This document shows, one piece after another, positions 37,500-49,200 of a DNA stretch of 64,000 bases. The DNA is from Podarcis bocagei (taxonomy: Eukaryota). Positions within the stretch are counted from its first letter, which is position 1. The number at the start of each line of letters is the position of its first letter. The stretch is taken from the NCBI GenBank assembly GCA_964188305.1, contig OZ076885.1; one strand, given 5' to 3'. The notes beneath the pieces are model-generated. The model was not told the origin of the DNA. It searched no databases and saw only the letters and a program-made list of their open reading frames with translations. Both the position numbers and the translations under genes were made by a program.

Positions 37500-40400
37500 A
37501 TTATTAATACTTTTATTGTATCATTTTTATTACGCTGACTACAACGCCAGAAATCAAATATTTGGATGCTGGTATAAAAATAATCCAAACTTTATACTTT
37601 ATACTTTGGAACTACAGTACTGTATAATTAGTGGAGGCTGCAAATAAGATACACCTTTAAATAACACTGTGTTGGAAACATAAAATAAACAAAACATCTC
37701 AGAAGTTATGTTCACAGGTATGCAAAGCTGAAATCCAGAACAAAGTACAATAGACAATTGCAAGTCAAACTAACGGTACATTCAGAGTCATTATGAAGAC
37801 ACACAAACAAGGCTTTATCCATCTTGTCTGAAAGACATGGTAGACATCACATACATTTTTGACTGGTAAAGATGAGAGTGACTTCCTATTTTGCAGTCCT
37901 GCCAAATTTAGTTGTTGTTGTTTTAATGGAAGAAAGCAAAGCAAAACAAAACAAAACCCTTAGCAGATTTCATTTAACAACCAACAACACTGTAAAGAAA
38001 TATAATATATTGGATGTTGTAAGATCATTTTCCTCCCAACATTGGACAGAATGATATAGCAGAGATAGAACTCTCTAATAAATGTTGTAAGCTTTCTAAA
38101 GTTTGTGCAACATTCCATAGGCCTTCCTATGAAACAACTGACCACGAGGTCTCAATAATAATTTAGGGAACATTCCAGCTCTCTGCATCCCCCCCCCTCC
38201 ATCCTGGCAGAGCTTTATGGAATAGCAGAGCCCACCTCTTCAGCTGCAGTCCTGCTGCACACAGTGGTGAGGATGGCAGGTGCTGGGACAGCATCTCAGG
38301 CTGGCTCAGCTCCGCCCTCCCCCCAAAAGTCCAGTTTGGGGCTTTGTGCTGGCTGGTGGTGGTGAGGGTGTTACTGGCTGACAGAAGAGGAGCTCTGAAG
38401 GTGGCATCCAGCAGGAGGCCAGAGGAAGGACACTTCCGCCCAGCCCAGCCACCAGCCCAGCACAAAGGGAGGTTGGACTCCTGTGTTTTGCTGCAATCCT
38501 AAGCCGACGACCTGGCAGTAAGCTCTACTTAATTCAATAGGACTTACTTCTGAGCCGATATGGTTAGGGTTGCACTGTTATATCTGAACAAGAATCCCAA
38601 ACACATGACCGTTTTTGACTACAAACTTAAGCCTCTATCCCACTAGGTCCAATGGGACTTCGGTCACATAACTGCGTAGGCTCATAATCATGATGATTTC
38701 TGCAAAATACTGTAGTGTAGTGTTTCCCCCATTGTACTACCCATCACAGATTTCAGTATCTCACTGTCACCAAATATAATAAAATATTAGCATAACTGAT
38801 TTTCCAATTAGTAACTAAGACATACTCATTCATTTCTACTAAATAAATAAATGTTTTGAACTCCCCTTTATACTGTTCCTCTTGTTGTTGCTTCTTCTAT
38901 GTGGCATCACAGTGGGGCTCTGAAGAGCTTCCACCAAGGACACTTTATTATTCACTTTTGAATCCACAGCAAGTTTGACCCTAAAGGATCTTAGGAACTG
39001 TAATTTGTTGAGAGTACTGAGAATTCGCTCTCTCGTAAGAAATTCCCAGTTCTGTACACAGAACTACAACTCCCAGAGTTCCTTTAGCTGAGGTAATCAT
39101 TATTCAGCTAGTCTGTGGGCTGGTTTGCACGTCGCATTAAATCACAGTTAAAATAAAGTTAAAAGTCATTAGGTGCTCCACTGCCACTCCTTCGCTTTCC
39201 ACTCAAAGGGAAAACAAACCAGAGGCTTGCTTCCTGCTACATGCAACCCAGCCCTCGTGATGGTAAGCTAATAACAAAGCTGTATCCCTTGAGGTCCACA
39301 TGACCTCAGAGGAAGGAATGCCCATGCCCAGTTTTGGCTGGTGCACCAATTACAATTATTTCTGGTCAGAGATAGCTTGGCCACAGTTATGTATGTCCCG
39401 GTGTGCATAACTGGTTGAACTATGTGGGACTGCCCTTCAAAATGGGCCAGAAACAACAACTAATGCAAATTGCAGCAGCTAGACTGCCAGTAGGTATCTG
39501 GAAAAGCTCATACAGGACACCAATTTTGAAACAACTACAAATCTTCCAGGCCATAGTTAAGGTGCCTGTGTTAGTAATTAAAACCCTTAACGATCTGGGT
39601 CCCAGGTATCTAAAATAATGTCTCTTTCCATATATTTTTCCATAAGGTCCCCAGAGTTGGGCCTTCTCAGGGGTAGTCCCGTTCCTTTGGAGCGATCTCC
39701 CCTCTGAAGCCTGCCTCACCACCACATTGTTGTCACTTCATCACTGGGCTTTCTCAGGATTTTAGGGAAGCGGTTTTATTTGTATGGAATTTACGGTAAG
39801 TTTTCAGGCTTTATTATTACTAATTTCGGTTTCAATTCTGTGTAGTCCTGCCCTGGGGCCTTTGGGTGAAGGGCAATCCATAAATAGGGTAAATAAATAA
39901 AATAAATAACAAATAAACTTTGGATAACCATTGTGGCTGGTTAGGTAGGAAAGAAACAATACACAAGTGCTTGTTGGCACTTAATGGGAAGCCGTCCTCC
40001 ATGGTGTTTCCTCCTCCAAGTGGAAAAGGAAATAGTAGTGGTGGAGCACCACAAGTGCTCACTTTAAACCATAGTTTAAACTATGGTTTAAAGGGATGCT
40101 TGGACGAGGCCTGTAATATAAGATTATGACAGAAAGCGTTGAAAGTTTTTACAGGTGAAAGTTTTTACAGGTGGCAACTGTTTTGTCAGCTACACCTTTC
40201 CATAAAAGTGGGCATAGTTATGGGTCATTCCCCTTGTCATCCAAAGCAAAGGTCCTGATCCAAAGATTCCTCCCATGAAGGGAATATGGCTGAACATGTG
40301 CTGCTTCATCTAGATTTCTGTGTACACACCCGCCAACCAGATGGCTGGCAGTATCAGCTCTGTTATAGCTGGACTGCACTGACCACTGGGTATAGCTCCC

Positions 40401-43107
40401 CCGCCTTTTCTTTCACCCCACACGTGAATCATCCTTGCCAGATCAAGGTGAACAAACTCCATTTCGCATCCGGCTTCCTTGTGTGGCAATGCAAGATCAG
40501 TCTGTGGAAAACACCTGATGATTAATTTTACATTTGCGGGGGGGGGGGAGCTTTTTACAGTACAAAGTACAACCTGAAGCAATTTGCAATACAGAAAGCA
40601 GTAAAGTGACCTGAACACAGCTGATTTTTTTAAAAAATAGAAATATTGTTCCCAAATAATTTCAAAAAGCAGAATAGGTACAGCTAGAGTAAGAGGAACT
40701 AGACTACTCAGGATATTTTCCCCAGTCCTTTTCTGCTTGCAGACGTGGTTGCTGTAGTTAAGCTTGTGAATTTAGCCGTCATACAGAATGGTATCTTAGC
40801 CTATTCTATGACTAATGAAATCTGAGGTTGGAGCCTCGAAAATGTCATGGACTATAGTTACAGCTGAACTTAATTCATAAGATAACATGGTCACAGAGGG
40901 TAGTTTTATCACTGGCAATTAGCCTATGTATTCAGAAGTGGTACACAGACAGTGTATGTCTCTCCCACTCTCTCATTCTCCTTTCTCTCCCACATCCTTG
41001 GATTATTTCCTTGTTTTTTGTGCCTTCTGGTGAAGTGCATCCTTTTTCACAATTCTGAAGTGGTTGCTATGGGATACAGGAGTGCAGGATAAGAAACACC
41101 TCTGGCCTGACCCAATCTTCCCCCACTCACCCAATCTGAAACAATCACATGCCGCTCTGCAGGCTAGGTCTCTCACTATTAATCACTGCCTCCAAATCCT
41201 TCATGATTAAGCTGCAAGCGTCACCACTCAGCCACCCTGCAGCTTCCTGCACACTGTACAAAGTCCTCTTTTCTCATAAAACCACACCTTCTTTAGAACA
41301 TTCAGAGAGCAAAAGTTGTTTTGCATTAGGAAAAGCCATACACAAGAGAACTTGGGTCTGGGTTCAGCTACATATGATGCCAATCCCACTTAAAATGCTT
41401 CCTGGTTGCTTTCTTCCACGGCTACCTGGATAAAAGTTAAGCCATCTTCTCTACTATATCTTATCTCCACGATATGGAATGGGTCAGGGCTAGCCTTGCA
41501 GGTGGGGAAAAATGTTGCCAGGGATTGGGAAATTCTAAAATAAATAACTATGGGAGGTGAGCTATTTAGTGTTGCAGTGGGTGAACACCAGGTCCCTGGT
41601 TATGTGGATGGGAGGAAGAAAGGCAAAAGCACGTTTTTCTTCAGCAGCAAAGGGATGGACATTTTGAAAATGACAAAAAAATAAATAAATGAGAAGATGT
41701 CTTAGGTTACAACTCAAGACACCACAAAAGGGCATTCTAGTATGCCCTTCCTTTTCCCATATGGAAGAACGTGGTTCTGGGGCCAACCACAATTTACAAG
41801 TGACTTGGAATCCTGGTTTAAGTGCTAGTAAAGGACAATGAGTTAACCAAAGGGAAAATTTGAGTTGGTAAGCTGGTTGTATGCCGTTTAAAGCAGCTCT
41901 ATTAGCTCAACCTCTTGTGGGGTTTAGTCTGGTAGCAGCAGTGCACTGAACAAGCACAGTTTGTTGGTCTCATATCACGGTGATTAGCCTAGCTAAACTA
42001 AAAGTGAACAGTCAGCTGCCTGTGAAATTCAACAAGCATCCCAACCAAATTTGGGGGCACATGTTGTGGCACTTCAGGTATTCTCAGCCAGAGTTTCAGA
42101 TTCCTATCACTTTTTCCTCTTCTTGATCTGATGATTTCAGGATTTTATTTTCTGAGCTCAAATTTCAGATACTGTAAACCTGAATATCATTTAACACCCC
42201 CCCCCATTTTTACTGGGGGCAATCCTCACCCACCATTTGGTTACACACACACACACGTGTGGTTCTATAGTATGAGACCAGCATACATAATCAATTCACT
42301 AAGAGTTCACGGAGGAAGAAAAAATTCATGGCTGGAGAAGGCATGGGCATGGGGCAATGATTACTCTTCATGAGACAATGGTCAATAATAAATTGGGGGC
42401 AAACAGAGGGCAGGAGCAAGCACCATTGCAACTGAGTCAATACACAACTGAATGACAAGACAGGAAATAAGAAGATGCATTATCCTAAGAAAAGAAAAAG
42501 GACCCTGAACGTTGCACATTACACATAGAACCCCCATTCTTAGGCCACATTCCCATACGCACCCCCAGCATTCTGTGACTATCTCATCAGTACCCATTAA
42601 TAGATACCTGGTGACAGAGAAATGGTTCTTTCCATAAAATCCACTCAACGCAGCTTTGCATAAAACGTGGGCAACGCAAACACAGCACTAGTTGTTAACT
42701 GTAAACACAACACACTTTACTGGCGTTAGATTTAGAGTGTCATCCACAGCGTTTGTTAGCTTTGCTTTAGTGATCTACTATCAAATTCACATTATGTGAC
42801 ACAATTAGTGATAAGGAAAAGATGCAGAATGTACACATAGGAACTCCTTTAAGCTTCTCCCTTGCCTCTTAGACAGGCCTGTGTGCTGACTTGCTCTTTA
42901 CACCTGCCTTCCCATTGCTGTTCAACAGCAGCTACAAATGGCTCCTTTAGGACAACCCTGTTCAGTATCCTCCAAGGGTTCAAAGTTTCCTTTCTGTATA
43001 CAAACTATGCCAGCATCTGAGCTGTATAATTAATGTGTACCCAGAAAACAATTAGCAGGCAATGGCCGATGTTCCATTCACTTTCCCATGTCTCTCCTGC
43101 AATTCCA
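37500..43107 (-). other. HEG1: Probable long HEG1 3'UTR with candidate polyA signals at 37512-37517 and 37526-37531
   Basis: AU-rich stretch with few recent repeats after the stop codon, ending in tandem AATAAA on the minus strand. The end point is inferred. Confidence 0.4.
39380..39910 (+). mobile_element. Old, degraded L2 fragment
   Basis: Remnants YVGLP..MQIAAARL and KTLNDLGPRYLK. Confidence 0.6.
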
Positions 43108-43257
43108 TTAAAAGTAATCTCTTCTTCTGCTGTCATCACTAACAAAGGAAGGGTTGTATTGGCCAGGGTAGATGCAGGAGTGTCGGGATCCCGGAAGACC
43201 TGTGTAAGGTGGGTACAGCCCGTTTCTTTCTAGTTCAGGGTTCCTTGGGTTGGTTGT
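43108..43257 (-). CDS. HEG1: HEG1 terminal coding exon (KRIT1-binding C-terminus ...SRRRDYF)
   Basis: 150 nt, 49 aa + TAA at 43108-43110, phase-0 acceptor ttctag. Confidence 0.95.
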   Translation of the reverse strand, partial: TTNPRNPELERNGLYPPYTGLPGSRHSCIYPGQYNPSFVSDDSRRRDYF

Positions 43258-46200
43258 CTAGAAGGGTAAGACATGGACACAGAAAGGAAAGGGGAAAATG
43301 GTTCAATAGTCAGCACTTATCCTTTCTGGGATTTTAATAATAATACATGAAGGTACAAATGCTTCCAATAGATAATATGCTCTTCTAATAGAGATTAAGC
43401 AGATGTGTTCAATAATAATTGTTTGGGCATTCTAGGCCACCACTGAGGAAAAAAATAATAGCTAGTGATCTGTTTGGGTTTTATGTATATAATGCACTGC
43501 TTTGAAATTTTCGATGGAATTGTGGTATATAATTTTATACACACACACACATATATATAAATAGATAAACAACATTATCATGAAATTAAAACAAAAATCA
43601 GAGCATAGAAGCAGTTACTATTATTATGTCTATATACTGCCACCATGCATGACAAAGGTAAACACAGTAATATCTCTGAATCCCTCTTTTCACTTTTATT
43701 TCTCATTCTCTTCCAAACCAAAAAATCTGGAATGCCAAAGCTTTGGAAACAGAATTATACCAATCAGATGCAACCTAGGAAAATATATTGCTGCCCAATA
43801 CTTCCTTAGCATACCGGAAAGCAAGCTTCTCCCACCAGTTGTTACTGGCATGAACAAATCATAGCCATTGCAACCCAGACCAATGAGTACATAGAAAATA
43901 CAGCACATCTGTTTTGTACTCTGATGCACATGTAGATATTATGGAGAACGCCTCCAGGGCAGCTATTTTGGGTGGAGCACAGCCAGGTAGGAATCAGTGA
44001 TGTAGGACAGTGTTTCCCAACCTTTTTTGGGCAAAGGCACACTTGTTTCATAAAAAAAATCTCGAGGCACACCACCATTACAGCCCCGTGACGTCAGCGC
44101 GCAGCGTCACGCCGGGAGGGACATGAATTGCTAGCAAATTACATAATCACCTCCTTGAGGGCTGGCTCATCTTCTCCGAAGGCAGAACCCCATTAATTAA
44201 CAGGACAGACTCACACCATAGCCAAGACGAGGGGGGAAAACCTCAGTCATGCACAGTCATGCACATGTGGGGGCTAAATGAGGACGAAGACCGGGCATAG
44301 AGCAGGGTTCAAATCACCCCACCTGGCCAGGACAATCCCTGGGTGCTCCCTTGGGCCACTCGCCTGACCCACCTCGCAGGGCTGTTGTTGTGAGGATAAC
44401 ACAGGGAGAACCACGCGTGCCCCCGGGAGCTCCTTGGAGGAGAAAGCGGGCGATGAATGCAATGCACGAAATATATGAGAGGCGACCAGGTTTTGCAGGT
44501 GAGGGGCCCCCGCCAGCCTCCGCTTCCAACACCCGGCGCAACGACGCCGAAGTTTCCCCCCGGGCTCGGCTCGGGGAGCAGCGCTGCTCCCCCCCGGCTC
44601 CCCTTCGCCCTCCCGGCTCTCTCTGCCGCCCACTGGGGACCCCCCTCACCTGCCAAGTCCGGAGCGCCGGTGGAAGTTGCATGCATGCATGCAGGGCGCC
44701 GCGTTGCCATTGCATTGCACTGCACTCCCTGCAACGCCTGCACGCATGCATTGCCTTGCACGCCCGCCAAGGGGTCTCCCCGCGGTCCGATGCGTCCCCT
44801 CCGGCGCGGATGCAGCATTGCAAAAATACCCCCCCCCGACGCAGCCCTACCTGGGGGGCAGCCTCCGCCTCCGCCGCTCCGCCTCCGCGGGGATCCCCGG
44901 GCTCCATCCTGCCGCCCGATCTCCGCGGGGGCGCAGGCAGGCTGCGCGGGGTCTGCGCGGAAGAGCCCCTGCCCGCCCGGCCGCCGCCGCGCTCATTCCA
45001 TGGCCGGGAGAAGAGCGCTTCTGTCAGAGCTGCTTGAAGATCCCAGCTCACAGAGGATCACGCTAGCCAGCGATCATTAAGTAAAAGTCTTTATTGAATT
45101 ACAGTTTCCATTCTCACGCTGCTGCGCGCAAACTCTACGTCTAGTAGCTAGATCGGCGAAGCTCCGTCTGAATCTCCGCCCCTTGTGCACCAACTTAATA
45201 TCCTAGCCTTGCTCCACCTTTTCCGCCTGACTGTCCTCCTCTGGGTCCCTCTACCCCCCGGGGCTTCTTCCTTCCGGGATTCTTCTGACGCTGACCCGGA
45301 CCCTCCTGCCTCCTTGCGCCGGGCTTTAGGACCTGGTTCCCTTTCGGGGCTGCTTACTGCGCCGCCTTCCTCTGCATTTGAACTTGGCGCGCGCGCCCAA
45401 CCTTCCACCTTCCTCTTAACCGTTTCTTCGCTCCCCGATGGAGGTGTGGCCACTCCTGACTCATGCCCTCCCTCCTGTGGCGAGCTGCCAGCGCTTCCCC
45501 CCTGGCTCCCTTCCTCTTCCCTGCTTCCTGGCGGTGACGCTGGTCCCGATTTCCAGCTGCTCCCCCCTGAGTCCCTTCTGGCTCTATCTTCCTGGGGTGC
45601 CCCCCTTGACCTGGCCACTGGTGCTCCTTTCTGTGAATCCTCTGATTCACTGGAAAGACTAGGAGATCTCGGGTCGTCGTCATCACTCATCTTTTCTTCT
45701 GCCTCCTCCCCTTCGCTCTCTGTTTCCTCCCTTGCCCGTGCCTCTGCTCCTAAACCCCTGACAGCTTCAAACAAAACGCCCGGCCCGCCAGGCCACGCTG
45801 GGAAACGAAGTTCGCGCACCCCGCGCGGGCGCGGAGCCCAAGGGCGAGAGGACTACGGAGCCCGGCAGCCCCCGCGCCGGGGACGGAGGGGGAGAGGCCG
45901 GGTGCAGGGATGGAGGGACGGGTGGGCGAGCGAGTGAGTGAGTGGCAGCCGCCAAGCCTTGGCCGAGAGCCAGGAAGGGCCTCCCCGGAGGAGGAGGAGG
46001 AGGGAGGCGCAGAGCGGGAGGGAGGGAGGGAACCCCAGGGGTCATCTAGTGACGGCGCCCCAATCAAAAATTTGACTTAAAAAAAAAAATCTTTCGAATT
46101 TTTTAATTTTTCCCGCGGCACACCAGGCAACATCTCGCGGCACACTAGTGTGCCGCGGAACAGTGGTTGGGAAACACTGATGTAGGAGATACAGTATGCT

Positions 46201-49200
46201 GCTATCATTGTCATATGGCTGCTAATCCCAGAGATTATAGGATGAAGATAAAGGAGACCTGGATACAAATTTCCACCCAGCAATGAAGCTCATTTGATGA
46301 ACTTGGGCTAATCATTCTCTCTCAGCATAACTTAGCTAGAGAAGGGTGGATTCCATTGATTTATTGGGCAAAGGGGAGGCTATGAAGGTAATGAACAATA
46401 TTCCTGGCCCTACCCAAGGCCAAGATTTTAGTAATCTGTCATACTAGAGAGACAAAGACATCACTGTTGGATGTTATGGGGATTGTTACATCATAATTCA
46501 TGTACTATTTTGATGCTATAGCGGCTGTATGCTCTGTGGCAGCCTGTAGAAGGCGCGCCTACCTGCATGCATAGACATAGTTTTGCCACTAGGTGGCAAT
46601 GGACTTAACTGGAGCTAGGTGAAGTCGAACGTTTCCTGTGTCTGTTCTGTTCTTTATGGAGAGAGACAATAAAGTTCTCATTCAGCTGAAACCTTCCATG
46701 GCAAGATCGGCATATGAGGCCTGCAGGAACATACACTGACTGCACAACAGCCCCTGCTCAAAACCAATTATCTTGACTGTAACCTTGGTTATATATCATT
46801 GAGTATATAACCTTTGGACTTTTGTTAAAACGCACATGTACAAGCTGAGGATTAGTTACCATATAGTAAACATCTGTCATCTGTAGTAGGTTTTTAGTGC
46901 TCCCATTCTCTTGCATTTCAATGGTTTCTCTCCCCCAGTCTTGAGCTCGAGGGTTTTTGGGATACTCAGCATATGGCGACATCTGGAAATCTCCACTTTT
47001 GAAGATGAGTTTGCTTATGTCATTTTTATTCTTCCTGGGATAAAGAAAGAAAGAAACATTTATATGCAAACCATATGAAAAGGACAGGAGATAGCTATAA
47101 AACTCCCATGCATCTTTTTCATAACCATAAGAGAGCCAGTGTGGCATAGTGGTTGAACTTGGATGAGGGAGACGCAGATGCAAATCCTCACTGAACCAGC
47201 CATGAAGCTCATTGAATGTTGAATGTCCTTGGGCCAGTTGCTCTCTCTTTCTGCACAGCCTTGCTTACAGGGGTGCTGTGAAAACACAGTTATGACTGGG
47301 GTGGGGAATAGGGGTACGCAGATATGTTTCCACATATGTTTGAATTTTCTTTTTAAAAAACCTCATGAAACATCATAGTTTTACTGCAAATTTCTCATAT
47401 TTTTTGGTATGAAATGTTGCCTAGTATAGTGGTACCTCGGGTTAAGTACTTAATTCATTCCAGAGGTCTGTTCTTAACCTGAAACTGTTCTTAACCTGAA
47501 GCACCACTTTAGCTAATGGGGCCTCCTGCTGCCACTGTGCCACCAGAGCACAATTTCTGTTCTTATCCTGAAGCAAAGTTCTTAACCCGAGGTACTATTT
47601 CTGGGTTAGCGGAGTCTGTAACCTGAAGCGTATGTAACCTGAAGTGTATGTAACCCGAGGTACCACTGTATACTCATTTTTGCAAAGACATTTCATTGAA
47701 TATAAGCACATTTTGCATGTTATTTTCATGGATATATGCATTTCCATGCACAGTTGACCCCTTCATGGATCACTGCCTTGTTGTGGCGAAGGGGCTTGAA
47801 TAACTCAAAGAAGCTATGAGCTATGCCATGCAGGGCCACCCAAGACAGACAGGTCATAGCCGAGAGTTTAGACTAAATGTGATCCACCTGGAGAAGGAAC
47901 TGGCAAACCACTCCAGTATTTTGCCAAGAAAACTCCATGTACATAAAAAAGGAGAAGCTTTGAGAAGAAAGTGAGAGTTTCCAAGGCATGCTCTGGTTCT
48001 CATGGGGTCACGAAGAGTCGAACATGACTAAGATGACTAAACAACAACACTGTTGACCCTAGTGTATGTGTTCTTGTACGCATTATTTGGCTAGAGAATT
48101 GCATCACAAAATTAAGGAAAATTTCTTTGAAGGATAGCTGTGTTTCATTTCATGTGTCATTTCAGAAAGTGCTTACTAAGTAAGTTTGCCTTAAAATGCA
48201 AAGTGCACCAAATTTCTCTTCCATCCTTAGCAGGGAGTCAGATACTACACTGCTCTAGTATGCTCTTCAGATAAATGGTGGTGGTGGTGGGGAAAACAGT
48301 GACAATATCCCTTTTTTTTTTTTTTTTTGAAAAATCAAAGAAGCTTCTGCCAGATCTTACTTGTGCTTTTCAGTATTTGTGATATCTGTCAAATACCGCC
48401 AAAACATTTATCTTGATATGGTTTATATACAACTCTGAATCATTTGGACATTATTAATTTTTGCACAATCACAAGAAACATTTTAAAGGTGCAATTTCAT
48501 TCAACGAAAGTATAATCAATAGATAAACAATTTCCCCATGATGGGTATTTAGCGTTTTATTTTAAAAACAGGCACTTGGCTTAGGATACCTACTGGCAGC
48601 ACGTGACAATGAGAGCTATCGCCATGATGAGCAGAAGTCCCCCTCCAGCTGCTGCGATCACAATGGTGATGAGCTGATACGCTAAAGCAAAGAACAGAAA
48701 CAATATTGCTTCGATGGAAAATTGTTCATCTTTTATGTATAGGCAATAATGTGAAACTGTCACCTTCTTGATGCCTGTAAAGATTCCCTTATCTATAACC
48801 TCGGAGATGCTCTTATGTCATGGAATGCCTACAAAGCCACCATCAGGTATGGGATAAAGATTCACTGATGTAGCTTAGCTTCTTTGACAGAACTGGAAAA
48901 ACTAGTTAGCCTATGAGGAAATGCTCACACAGAGACAATTAACAGGTACTAGTTGATATACACATATTTTGAAACGTCTGAACTCATTGCTGGCTGGTTT
49001 ACGGATTCAATTCAGTATGCTGTACTGGTTTTGTTTTGACATATAAAGAACTAAATTGCCTGGCTTCAAATTACCTCACAGAAATTCTCCTTCTGTATGA
49101 ATCCTCCCACCCAGACAATGAAGAACTTTCAACAGGGCCTGCTGAAAGCACCATTTTACACTGACACCACGTTAGCTTTCAGTTGATGAAGGCCCTTCTT

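Noticed and set aside
44274-45080. Several overlapping 120-245 aa ORFs
   Set aside because: Expected in very GC-rich DNA. No recognisable domain and no transposase motifs.
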